DNA of 64,000 nt, taken from Camelus dromedarius. Taxonomy: Eukaryota. A program made the translations under genes and the position numbers. Shown one piece after another: positions 39,146 through 52,000 of this stretch (positions are counted from its first letter, which is position 1; each line of letters opens with the position of its first letter). The notes under the pieces are model-generated. The model made no database searches and was not told the origin of the DNA. It worked only from the letters and a program-made list of their open reading frames with translations. The stretch lies in the NCBI RefSeq assembly GCF_036321535.1, contig NC_087436.1:91576001-91640000 (forward strand). Direction: 5' to 3'.

Positions 39146-40597
39146 ACTTGCTTACTTTAGGTATCCAGAGTCACTCTCCTTCTCAGGATCTGTTCTAACT
39201 TCTTAGCTACTTTCCAGAGCATTCACAAAAGTATTATGGGGGAAATGCAGAAAAGTGAGAAAAACTCGCAATACTATCATTTCTGCTCTACATGTGATGG
39301 ATTTAAATCAAGACCTGAACAGAATACATTATCTCTAAGTGTTATTGTTATTGAAATTGTTACTATTAATTATGAAAATTGGCTTCACTCTGTATTTAAG
39401 GTTGGTGTACATTTTCTTCCTTCCTTCCTTCCTTTTTTTTCTCAGAAAACTCACTGAAATTCTGGCATTTAAAAAATATCATAATTGAGACAAGTTTCTG
39501 CCTAGAGGAGTATCCAAGTATACTCCTGGTCATCTGCTGTGGCTTATTCTAGGGGAGAGGGCACAAGCTTGATAAACAAAATAACAGTTCATATCTAACT
39601 GTCTTCCATTTCCTCTGTGTACTCTTCTAAGCCTTAGCAATGTCAATTTCCTTCACTGGCACTACTCCTATAAATAAAATTTAGAAAATACTATTCCTTA
39701 TTAAAGGTGCTTAACAGAACATATAAGAGCACATGGTGACAAGTCATTTTGTTACATCTGAATGTGATCACAGCAAGTTCCATAAATGAGTCCCATTTGT
39801 ATAAAGTTTAGTAATTATGGAGAGATTATGAATCAGAAATCATTATGTCTTCCCATATGAAGTCTGATTATTAGCTTGGTCAGTCATATACTAGATAATC
39901 GTTCAGTTTACTGACTCAGTTTGGTTCTGTAGACAGGCCAGAGGACACAAACAAAACCTGAATGCTTAGATGATGGAATTACAGTAGCTGTACTTTTGGG
40001 GAAAAAAAAAAAAAAAAAAAACAGCCTATGGCACCTGGAAATGAAAGAAACTCAGCATGCTTTTATAGCAAACACAACATTCACAGTGATTTAGGAGATT
40101 CGTTCTTGGAAATTGGCTCAATATGTTTTTGCTTCCAAACTAGAACAATTCATCACTTTTTAATGGCACGTAATGGCTTATTGTGTCAGTTAACTTGGGC
40201 TTCTCTTTGCTGTTGTTTCTCTTTTTTCCCTTTATAGCCAGCGGGTTGCCAAGTGCTGCCATGAGCCTATCTCTCATATTCCACAATCCCTCCTACCTCT
40301 ATAAACATTTCACCCAGACACTCACTACCTTAGCCCATCACTTTAGCACATTCTACAGCAAGTATAGTTAGAGACCATTCTCTCTCAAACACCACAGTCA
40401 TCACAGCTTTTCCCTTGTTCAAATATATACATGTGATTTCTATAATCTAAATGTGTCCATTCAATCTTTCAAGCACTTGTTAAGTATCAACTTTGTATGA
40501 ACACAGTATGCTCATGAAGACACAAAGATAAGGGCAGTGTTTTCCAGTCCAGATAAAAGCTTTCAATCTCTCATTTGCTTTTAACCAAAAAATTACT

Positions 40598-41556
40598 GAG
40601 AATAGTATTGTATAGTATTTCTGTATATCTCTTTAATGTCTGGATTAATAAAAGACAGCTAGATTTTCATATTTGTTTCTATGGTCAATATATTTCAGTA
40701 TGTTTTATTTGGTATCCATAAATAAAACCTGGTTCCCGCTGAAGTCAGAAAAGAGAGTAATTTTTAAGAGCCTTTGTTAATTATTTGGGATATTCTTCCT
40801 TGATACTACACCAAAACTCTACATGTAATCTTTCTTATAAGATAGTTGCAGTGGGTATTCTGAAAATATTTTAATGACATTTCCATATTATGTTACAATT
40901 AAAAAATCATTGTCCCTTTTGCACTTTGAATTAACCTTTTACCCACGTATAATTTTATGCCACTATTTATTGGCCATTTGGAAAATATTGACTCACTAAA
41001 CACGCAAGCTTTCAAAATGTTGACACATTTCATTTTACAATTTTAAAATATCACATTTGTTAATATAGTCATCAAACTCATCAGAAAATTGAAGCTGTCA
41101 GGCTTATGATTGATGCAAATAAGTTTTCTGAAATTCTGTCGCTTGAAAGCATGAATTTTATCATTAGCAGTAAGTCCTGTCACTTATTTTCCTTGAAGTG
41201 ACAGGCTTACTTTCTTTCTTTTTGACAAAATAACTGCTCAGTACCCAAACCTGATTAACTAGCCTATCTGTCAGTTGCTCTTTAAAGTAAAAATTGTATC
41301 CTGTGAAAAAATATGAGTATTTAGGTCACAACTCAATCACATGTGTGTTTTTGCCATACAAAGGCGACTGTCTTGATTCATGCTGAGCCATTCACAATTT
41401 CACAAATCATGCTTTTGCACCTCAGTGCAAATAGCGATAAAATGAAAAAGGCAAATAATGCCTTCCTATTCTTATTAAAATAGTTTTAACCTAGCAGACA
41501 CCCCTGCTGAATATGCCTCAGACATTCCCAGAGTCCACTGATCACACTTTGCTCTC
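40598..41556 (-). mobile_element. Charlie1-type hAT DNA transposon (deleted derivative)
   Basis: atctctttaatgtctggattaataaaagacagct, ttgatactacaccaaaactc, catttggaaaatattg, ttttccttgaagtgacaggct and terminal gatcacactttg are characteristic of Charlie1a/b. Confidence 0.85.
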
Positions 41557-41641
41557 GACAAGTAAGTAGGACTAATATAAAGCATAAATTCAGGGGAAAA
41601 ATGTATATGTGTGTGTATGTACATGGGTTTATATACACATG

Positions 41642-41994
41642 TGCTATGGACTGAATTGTGTCCCTCCAAAATTTATACATTGAAGTCCTAGGCTCCAGTG
41701 TGCTAGTATTTGAAGCTGGGCCGTTGGTAGGTAATTAGGCCATGACGGTGGAACGCTTGTGATGGGATTAGTACCTGCCCTTATAAGAATAGACAATTTT
41801 CTCTCTCTGCTAGGTGAATATACAACAAGAAGGCAACAGGCTGCAAGCCAGGAAGAAGGCTCTCACCAGAACCTAACCATGCTGGCACTCTGGTCTCAGA
41901 CTCTCCAGCTTCCAGAACTGTGAGAAATTAATGTTTATCGTTCAAGCCATCCAATTTATGTATTTTGTAACAGAAGCCCAAGATGACTAATATA
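41642..41994 (+). mobile_element. MaLR solo LTR (MLT1A0-like)
   Basis: tgctatggactgaattgtgtccctccaaaattt...ccagcttccagaactgtgagaaat...gactaatata; near-perfect 5-bp TSD acatg/gcatg. Confidence 0.9.
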
Positions 41995-42424
41995 GCATGC
42001 ATATACTCAGAGTTGTGTTAGTCTCCTTTATTTATAAGCATGAATCCTACTGAAAATACTAGGGGTGTGTATGTGTATAGAATCTGCAAATATTCTGAAA
42101 TAGTTCATAAGTGATGATTAGGAAAAAAATTTTAATTGGCTCCTATTCAAATACTTCCCATTAGCATGACAGAGGGAAATTGGCTAATGTGCTTTGGAAT
42201 ATGAAATGAACAAATAAACAATAATTTAGAGTCCCACAGCATTGAGTGCACACCTCAATTAAGACAAAATTTAAGTAATGAGAGATGATAATTTGGTGGG
42301 CTAACTGTCCAGACTAGGATGGAAACAGAATAAACCAATACATAATAAAGGTTAGTAAAATAGATATTTTTATCAGAAGGGGGATATGAAATTGCATCTA
42401 TTGGGAAGATAAACTCAGGCAAGA

Positions 42425-42810
42425 ATTTATTTCAAAAATGTTTTGAGTAATCACTTTGTGCTCTACATCATTAAAGATAACAGGATTACAACTGTAAACA
42501 ATACTGATCTGTTCTTTGCCCTCCTAGGGTTTTAAGCCTGGTAAATACTGCAGAGAAGTGACAAGCATTATTATAAAGTGAAACGGGTGGGATGTCACTG
42601 ACAGAGAACCGTTTGTGAATGGTTATTAAAGAGCAGTAAACAGCGCATACTAATTGCTGACGTGCTAGACCAAGATAATGAGTTGGTCAAAAGTACATAA
42701 ATCAGTTAGGAAAGAATAGAGGCTGAAGGCTAGGTGACAAGGAAGAAAGAAATTACTATACTCTAAGCAAGAAATTACCAGAGCTCTATACATACAGGCA
42801 GGACTGAAAA
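42425..42810 (-). mobile_element. L2 fragment
   Basis: ttcaaaaatgttttgagtaatcactttgtgct...ctttgccctcctaggg, reverse L2 3' end. Confidence 0.55.
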
Positions 42811-44044
42811 AAATGGGGACATCAATCCAGTAAAGCCACAACTTAGATTCCTTTATTGAACGTGAGCCCTGGGAGACAGACAGGCTGGCTTCTCTGTCAA
42901 TGTCCTACTTGATCTCCTCTACTCTAGTTAATTCCCTTTCCCAGCGAACCATGTGATTTTCATGCCTGCTGGAGCGCCTTCTTCAGGTCCACCCTAAAAC
43001 GTGACTACTCATTTCATTCCTCCAAGCAAAACCTAATCCTAACGAGCTCATGGCTCCTTATGTCTGCTTTGAGTTTGACATTTCTCACCCGTGCATCATA
43101 TTTATTTGTTTATGGGTCTGCCTTAATAGAGTTTTCAAAGTGAGCTTCTATTATAGTAATGATTTTACCAACAGCTGAACTGTTAGAACTGACATCTTGG
43201 CCTTCTGAAGTTTACTTGGGAAGTTCTCTATTACTTTTAATGAGGGAAGAAAAATAATTTGCAAGTATAGTTAGACTCCTAAATCCATTTGCTCCACATA
43301 CACTATAGCTTCATAGAAACAGATTTTAAATGACTGTTGCAAATCACTAAGATTTTTCAGTAAAAGTAAACATTCATTTTTTTTTTCTGAGTTGAAAACA
43401 TTTCAAAGAATTCAGGGTTTACATATATAACAGATGGTTCAATTTAGTCTACAAAGTTCAGCGTATCTCCGGATAATTTGTCGTGAATAGCAAGGTAATA
43501 TGACTGAACAGCGTTTGAGTATAACACATAAATAAAACATACCTGTAAAACTGTTCAAAGCAATAGTTAATTTTTCCACCTGGAATAACACACAACAGTT
43601 GAAAGTGTTCTGATAGTACCATTTTTCTGTTAACTCACTTAACATTGGCTTTTTGCAATTTCAGATCATATTTCTGTAAACCAAATCAAGTTCCTGAACT
43701 AACTCAATCCTTCCACAACTTTCTCAGTAAACAAATGAATAAGCCGACCTGCATCTAGACAAAGATAGATGTAAGAAGCCTATTAGCTGGACCATCTTCC
43801 TACTACCTTCATGACAAGAAATAACAATGAGGGATGACTTTACGCTTATGTATTTCTTTTAATCTTTTTAGAAACTCTGATGCAGCACATACATAAAACC
43901 TCGTATTTTAAGGTGGCCGATTTTTGACAAAAGTTAAAACAGATTAATATCAAAATAATCATGTTATAAAGATAACCTATAGCAAGAATATATTGCAAAG
44001 ATAACCTACAGCTAATGGGTATTTTAGCTGCTTTTTGTGTATTC

Positions 44045-44200
44045 TATTGAATTTGAAACGTGTAACAGTCTTGTGAGACAAAGTAGATATTGTCTATGTT
44101 TTACAGATAGATGGTTAAGTCTCAGAGAAGTCATCTACTTAATGTTGCCCAGCACTTGATCCAGATCTAACGTTAAAATCCATGGATTTTTATTCCAAAT
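44045..44200 (-). mobile_element. MIR fragment
   Basis: aacagtcttgtgag...gttttacagatag...agtctcagagaagt. Confidence 0.6.
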
Positions 44201-44612
44201 TCAATGTTCTAATCTCTAGATCTCCCTGACTTCTCAAAATAATAATAAAAATGATTTCAAAGGAGAAAATACAATCATGTTACCATTTTTAAGAGTTATA
44301 GCTAAGAGAATTTGTTGGATTCCACAGTCTAGGAAGAAAAATAGAGCAATAGTGGATGGGCAAAAAGAGAAATATTGGAAACAGTAACAGTGAGCAGAAA
44401 ATGGTGGAAATAGCAATGAAGTGATCTTTAGAAGAGAGTTGAGTGTAACTGGTGAAAGATTATGCTAAATTTGCCAGATCAATGATTTTGACTTCTTTGG
44501 AGGAAATTAACTTTATGCTTCTCCAGGTTCATGGCTGCAACTCATCCAGTCATTTGAGTCAAGTTTAAGATTTTGACCCTTCTATTGAAAATGAAATTTC
44601 AGTGTCCTCAGA

Positions 44613-44880
44613 GGAGGCAGTATGAGTAGAAAAGTGTGCAGTGGAACAGGCAGGAGCAAGAAGTTGATAGTTGTCTGCGTTCCAGTCCTGGCTTCTCCAC
44701 TTGATAGCTGAGTAACCTTGGCCCAGTTACTTAAACACTATTGCCTCTCCATTTTCTCAGCTATAGGTTAAAAATAAGAATAGAACCTACCTAACACAGT
44801 GGCTATGAATATTAAGATAATATGTGTAAAGGTTAAGAATGATGTCTGACACAGAGCAAACGATCGGTGATAGCAGCCAT
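44613..44880 (+). mobile_element. MIR SINE, near full length
   Basis: gttccagtcctggcttctccacttgatagctgagtaaccttggcccagttacttaa...aatagaacctacctaacacag...tgtctgacacagag. Confidence 0.85.
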
Positions 44881-45198
44881 TGACTTTGTATGTGAAAGCG
44901 ACATATCAGACTTCAGGAGGGCAGCTGGCATATTTGGATAGTAAGGAGGCGAAGATTTGTTTGTGTGAAAGAAAGTGAAGGAAAGAGATACAGATGTGGA
45001 CAGTGCAATCTCCAGACAATAGTAGGAATGAATAAATGAGGTGACATCTGGATACCGAGAACTTTAGAAGCAGAGAGACAAAAAATTAGGGAAAGAGAAT
45101 TCTTGCCTGGCAGGCATTTTGGAAGTTAAGATGAAATTAAGACTTAAATGAAGGAGTATATTGGCCCTTGACCTTTTAGAGGACATTTTATGGAAGAG

Positions 45199-47140
45199 TT
45201 CTTTTTGTTGTTTGCTTGTTTTATTTATTTTTTGTATATATATTTTAATTTTTTTATTTTTACTCATTTATTTTTTCCTGAATACATATATTTTTTAATT
45301 GAAGTATAGTTAGTTTATAATGTGTCAATTTCTGGTGTACAGCACAATGCTTCAGTCATACATGAATATGCATATATTCATTTTCATATTCTTTTTCACC
45401 ATAAGTTACTACAAGATACTGAATATAGTTTCCTGTGCTATATAGTACGAACTTGTTGTTTATCTATTTTATATATAATAGTTAGTATCTGCAAATCTCA
45501 AACTCTCAATTTATCCATTCCCACCCCCTTCCCCTACCCCCTGGTAACCACAGGTTTGTTTTTTGTGTCTATGAGTCTGTCACTGTTTTGTAAATAAATT
45601 TGTTTGTCTTTTTTTTTTTTTAGATTCCACGTATGAGTGATGTCACATGGTATTTTTTCTTTCTCTTTCTGGCTTAATTCACTTAGAATGACAATCTCCA
45701 GGTCCATCCATGTTGCTGCAAATGGCATTATTTTATTCTTTTTTTATAGCTGAAGTATTCCATTGTATAAATATACTACAACTTCTTTATTCAGTCATCT
45801 GTCAATGGACATTTAGGTTGTTTACATGTCTTGGCTATTGTAAATAGTGCTGCTATGAACATTGGGTGCATGTACCTTTTCAAATTAGAGTTGCCTCTGG
45901 ATATATGCTGAGGAGTGGGATTGCTAGATCACATGCGAAAGTCTATTTTTAGTTTTTTGAAGAATCTCTATATTGTTTTCCATAATGGCTGCACGAAACT
46001 ACATTCCCACAAACAGTGTAAGAGGGTTCCCTTTTCTCCACAGCCTCTCCCGCTTTTATCATTTGTGGACTTTTGAATGATGGCCATTCTGACTTGTGTG
46101 AGTTGATATCTCATTGTAGTTTTGATTTGCATTTCTCTGATAACTAGCAGTATTGAGCATTTTTTCATGTGTCTTTTGGTCATTTGCATGTCTTCATTGG
46201 AGAATTGCTTGTTTAGGTCTTCTGCCCATGTTTGGATTGGGTTGTTTGTTTTTTTCTTATTAAGTTGTACGAGCTGTTTATATATTCTGGAAATTAAGCC
46301 CTTGTCAGTCTCATCTTTTAACAAATGTTTTCTCCCATTCCATAGATTGTCTTTTTGTTTTGTTTATGGTTTCCTTTGCTGTGCAAAAGTTTATAAGTTT
46401 AATTAGGTCCCATTTGTTAATTTTTGCTTTTATTTCTATTGCCTGGGTAGACTGCCCTAGGAGAACATTGCTGAGATTTATGTCAGATAATGTTTTGCCT
46501 AAGGTTTCTTCTAAGAGGTCTATAGTGTCTTGTCTTATGTTTAAGTCTTTAAGCCATTTTGAGTTTATTTTTGTGTATGGTGTGAGGGAGTGTTCTAGCT
46601 TCACTGATTTACATGCAGCTGTCCAGTTATTCCAACACTATTTGCTGAAGACTGTCTTTACTCTATTGTATGTTCTTGCCTCCTTTGTCAAAGATTAACT
46701 GACCAAAGATTAACTGACCAAATCTGGGCTCTCTATTCTGTTCCAGTGATCCATATGCCTATTTTTATACCAATCCCTTGCTGTTTGTTTACTGTAGTTG
46801 TGTTGTATTGTCTGAAGTCTGGGAAAGTTAGTCCTCCAGCTTCATTCTTACTTCAGTATTGCTTTGGCAATTCTGGGTATTTTGTGATTCCATATAAATT
46901 TTAGGATTATTTGTTCTAGTTCTGTGAAAAATGTCCTGGTAATCTGATAGGAATCATATTAAATCTTTAGATTGCTTTGGGTAGTATGGCCATTTTAACA
47001 ATATTAACTCTTCTAATCTGAGAACATGGGGTATCTTTCCATTTCTTTAAGTCATCTTTAATTTCCTTAGTCAATGTTTTGTAGTTCTCTGTGTATAAAT
47101 CTTTCACTTCCTTGGTCAGATTTATTCCAAGATTTATTTT
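45199..47140 (-). mobile_element. Younger 5'-truncated L1 (cetartiodactyl, probably camelid-type): ORF2 C-terminus, 3' UTR and A-rich tail
   Basis: Minus-strand ORF pieces [64 protein letters not shown] are L1 ORF2, broken by frameshifts; T-rich tail at 45199-45300. Confidence 0.95.
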
Positions 47141-50100
47141 AATGAAAAAATGTACATTTGTATGCCTAACACACACATACAAAAGTGAACCAAACTGAAT
47201 TTAATAAGAAAAAATGTAAATCAGTTGATATTCTATCTGCACGGATTTCCCTGTCTACAACCTCTCTTCTCAAATTCAGTTATTCATTTTTTATTATAAT
47301 TTATCATAACTATTCACATAGTAAAAATAATGAAATCAGGTTGATTTGAAGAAAAATGAATTCAGGAATCAAATTGTGAAATATTACCAACTTTGTTTTA
47401 TCAGTGTGATATTATAAATCAATTAATGAGTCTATTAATGATCTAGCTTCAAAAACTGAAGTTTCATTCTTCTTTTAAGACCAGCCTATGATACAGGTGA
47501 TGGCTAAAGAAGAATCTCAAAATCTTGTACTTCTTAAAAAATACACTTGATAATATGAAGGATTTGCATCAGAGTCAGTGATACTCATTTGTAAGGACTA
47601 CAGTTTCAATTAATTATCACTGCTTTTCAGGTGATTTTTATGATTGGAAATGGTGATTTTTATGATTGTTAGTTCATAATAAGGAAATAAAATTTTTATT
47701 CAGATGATATGTAACTTTGTTCAATTATAAAGACCCATAGAAAGGAAGTTTCTCAACCAAAGTATATTCTCATCACATACACTGTGAAATTAAGTTTGGT
47801 CCCTCATCCACTGCATCATCATTAAAACTCAACTCTGAATGACACTCCTCCTTTTCATTCTCCTCCACTTCACTCCTCCTCCTCCTGGATTTTGACCTCT
47901 GGGTCTTGGAACCATGCAAGATATATTGAGATCTTTCATCTCATTAACATGTTTTGCAACTCATTTCTTCTGTTCCCACCTAGTTAAAATAGATTAGTAC
48001 TCATAGATATTAATCTACAAAGCCCAGGTCAGTGCAGTAAGACATTGCAAGTCAAAACAGGCATTTAATTCTTGATTTCATTTAAATAATTACTTAAAGA
48101 TTGGAACAAAAGGAACTTGAGAAGTTATTTAGACTATCTCTTACATCTTAGGAAAAATTATTTCTAAAATAGGTGCATGATAATCTTTTTCACTCTTAAA
48201 GGATCCCCAGAAAGGGACTTTAAACTCTATCTTAGCATCTTATTCTAGTCTGTAAAAACACTCAATGTTGCCTAGTCTCAAACTTAAATTCCTAATTTTG
48301 TTTTACCATTTTTAATCATTAGAAGAAGTAATTGAAAGATTTTCTCTGTAACAACCTCATATTTTTAAGATCTTCTTCCAACTATTTTCTTTCCTTCTAC
48401 TTCCTCTTTTGCATCCTCAACTCCACTACAAAAGAGTAACTTGTACTGATATTTTGATAAATTTCAATAATATCTCAGTGCCAAAAATGAATAAAATAAT
48501 CTGACTGGCAAATATTTAGCTAATTCCCAGTTTCACTCTGCTTTTCCAGGGGTAAAAACATCCATGATATGTCTTGCAAACTCAAGAGTTGGATGAAATG
48601 GTGATAATTAAAGCACATACTTCATAAAATATATTTGTCAATACTTTGGCTCCTTGAGTTTTACTCTTCCTTCCTCACATCTCTAACTGCTAAAAACTTT
48701 GTCTGAAGGTTAACTTATAACAAATATTAAGAAAATATTTTTGTGGCAACTAACCTCAATGTAAGTTTGAGAAAGTCAGAATGGGAGAAAGATGATATTT
48801 GAAAAGAGTTTTTGTATTTAGATATGAGAAAGAGAAAGAGAGAGATTTTCTGATACATTCTTTCTCTGTACTTTAATGCTTTCCTTTTATTCTCATACTC
48901 ATTTACAGAGTCATACTGCTTTTTGACCAACTCCACTCTATCCAGCCTAGAAGGCAGCCAAAGTTGTCACTGTCCCTTGAGAGACAGAGTTAATTGTGAT
49001 GCTATGGCAAATTTTGAGCTTCAAAGTCTGGTCTAAAGCTTTGCCAATTTTTCTTTTGAATAAAAATAGTTTATTTTGTGGAAGCGATCATTCTTTAAAA
49101 TTCATAAAATCTGAATTGTCCACACGAAATTTTCCATATCATAGAAGACAGGCCATATACTGGCTAAACCTGACTCAGAGAAACTTGCAAAATGTTATAA
49201 GGAATTTCAAATATACTAATTTTCATATCTCATCAACCCCTTGCATATCTTGGTATAACTCCATAATTAGAAAAAAAATAACAAAAACAAAAAAACTTAG
49301 ATCACAAGCCAAGGAAACCTTACCTGGAGGGTCAGAATGCTGTGCCTGTCTCTGCCCTCTGTCTCACTTTATCGCAGATTCTATTTCAGCCTCATAGCTT
49401 GTAGCATTTTTGCTTTTTCAAATCCAACTATTTAAAAAGGTAGATGCTGAGATTTATTCAACATCTTGAAACTCTATACTAAGAAACTCTATACTATTCT
49501 TGAAAAATCCTCTAACTGTATAATTTGAAGAGATTTATCAAATAGTCCAAGGTTGGGAAATGTGTTATTTTAACAAAGGTGCTGCACTTAATTGGCTGGA
49601 AAGGAAGGCAACAATGGCCAGCATTTCAAAGTCATCTATCCTTACAGGTCAGCAAGTAGGGAAAGGAGAAAGTTTGCCTGAGTTTTCAGATATTTGTATA
49701 ATTAAGATTCATACAGCTCAATAGCTCAGAACTCCTAGGAGATTGCTTATTTCAGTCTTAAACTAGGACCAGCAGCTGACTTACTGGGGAAAGTAAAAGG
49801 AAAAATGATAAAGGACAAAAGCATCTATGTGCAAACTATTCAACTATTTGGCCTATTGAAGCATTTACTGTATTTTTCCAAATAAGTTTTATTTATACTT
49901 CATATTACCCTAATATTTTTCCAAGGAAAGTTTACTTATATATATTTGTAAAATATTTTGAACCAAGTATGCTATAAATATTTAATTCAATTTTAAAGGA
50001 TGAATGTCTAATAAATTGATAGATTATGTAAGTAATGTCACAAAGTAAATTATAATTTTCATATTTCAGGACACTGTGCTTTAAAATAAATAAATACTAA

Positions 50101-51299
50101 AACATGAAAGTGTCTAGATTTTTTTTTTTAGTTGCCAGAAAAACTTACTCTTATAAGAATTAAGAGTTTTATGATTTGCATAGGGGGAATTTAATAAGCA
50201 TGCTTAAGTGATTTTTTAAAGTGGTAGTTAAGCAAATATACAAGTTTTACATATAATTTAACCAAATCTTCATATCTGAACATACAACTTTAAAATCACT
50301 TATGGATATGTTTTTATTAATATATACCAACTCAAATTTTATTTCCTTAGAATTCTCTTTTATGAAAGAAAAACAGTATGAAGAGTTGCTTCTTTTTTGT
50401 AATTATATTAGAGACAAAGATGATGGTGTTTTGATTAACTTGTTTCCTTAATGTGAATAATGATAATATCTTTGCATGCATAAACTTTTTGAAAAATAGC
50501 CTCACCAACACCTTTTAAGATTAAAATGAAATTTAGTTGTCAAATAAAATAAAATTGAAATGGTTTAGAAAACTCTGGATTTACGGAAGACTAACAAGCA
50601 GGTCATATATGAATTTCATATACAGCTTTTTGAAGCTGTAAATTGAAGAAAACTTATTCAAATTGCTTGAGGGAAATATGTTACTCTGTTTGTGTTAAAG
50701 CTGTGAGCAAGACGACTTAATGGAAATTGGGCACACTGCTAAATTGCTTCAAGCTCCTTCAGTTACAAAGCTGAAGAGATACTTCATTATAAGTTCTAAT
50801 AAGAATATCCATGTGACACAAGGAAAATGTAACTTTTTAAAAAAAAAAGTTAGACATATTCAGGAAATAAAGGGAAATAAAAAACAAAAGCAAGGAAGAT
50901 ACCTTTCTGGATTCTTAAAAAATGTGACTACCTTATCATTTTCAAAAGTGTGGATCTAATCAAATGTTTTATATGAAGGTACTAAAATGTTTAATTTACT
51001 AAAAAAGTCTTTCATTGTCACAGTCATGAACCAATTAATTAACACTTCTATGTTATCTCCTCTATGGATATAATAATGAATCATGTGATGTAAGCTGTCC
51101 TTACTGCTGAATAGCAATTGTCCTGTTAGAGACAAAGAGAAAAAGAGCACTGAACAGGGCGGATAATATGAGGAAAGAGCACTGTTAGGTGGTCCAGGAG
51201 GCAAGTACAAGAGATGCCGCAAGAAGGAACCTAAAACTGGAGCCCAGTCAGGCCCTCTTGACAGTCTTGGATGGCTGCTGACTCTGGAGCTGATCATCT

Positions 51300-52000
51300 C
51301 CTACTCAATGGAAATAAAAGAGGAGAAACAAAAATCGTGTTTGCTGTGATGTTTCTTTAAAAACAAGTACATTTCTACTCCTGATAATAATATTAATGCG
51401 TGACATGGCATAATCATAGTCATAGCCACGGCAAGTAATGCTTTCGGATTTAGTCATAGCCATGGCAAGCCAGAAGGAGCATCCCTGATAAATGAGAATG
51501 ATTTGGATACTGCAGTCAAAATGAGTCATGCAAGGGAGTGCTGTTAACACCCAAGATAATTTGGTCCTGGCAGACAACAACGGGTTAGCCCACGAAAGCA
51601 AGAAAATAAACACAAACAACAACAAAACAGAGCTTCAGAAAAGCCAAAAATACTTTAGATACAGAAGCTATATGTGCAACTAACCATGTTATCCCCAAAG
51701 CCTCTTTAGAAGAATCCTGTATTTTAAGAGAAGGGAGTTTTAGTAAGAGAAAAAGGAATTGCACGTGGAGTTCACATAGCCCAAAAACTTGAATGCTATT
51801 TAACCCTGGCCACTTGAATGAAATTAAATGGTCGCCTTTTCATTAATCCATAATTTATCTTAGAATAGTTGTTTCCTTAGAGTGGCTTGATATGTCAAGT
51901 ATTATCATTTATGTTATTATCCAAGTGGCTTTCAATTCAATTCCTCCGCGGCCCTTCTACTAAAAGAAATTCTGAGTGCATTTCTTTTCAAGAATATAAT
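51300..52000. promoter_or_regulatory. Candidate regulatory element
   Basis: No recognisable repeat; several CpGs, duplicated 19-mer with RFX-like core, ATGAGTCAT (AP-1, 51521), WGATAA motifs, CACGTG (51762). Confidence 0.3.

Noticed and set aside
45534..47182. Active L1 ORF2
   Set aside because: 5'-truncated, only the C-terminal part is present, and it is fragmented across frames
48996..49397. 133-aa ORF as a coding gene
   Set aside because: GTG start, composition typical of AT-rich non-coding DNA and no recognisable homology
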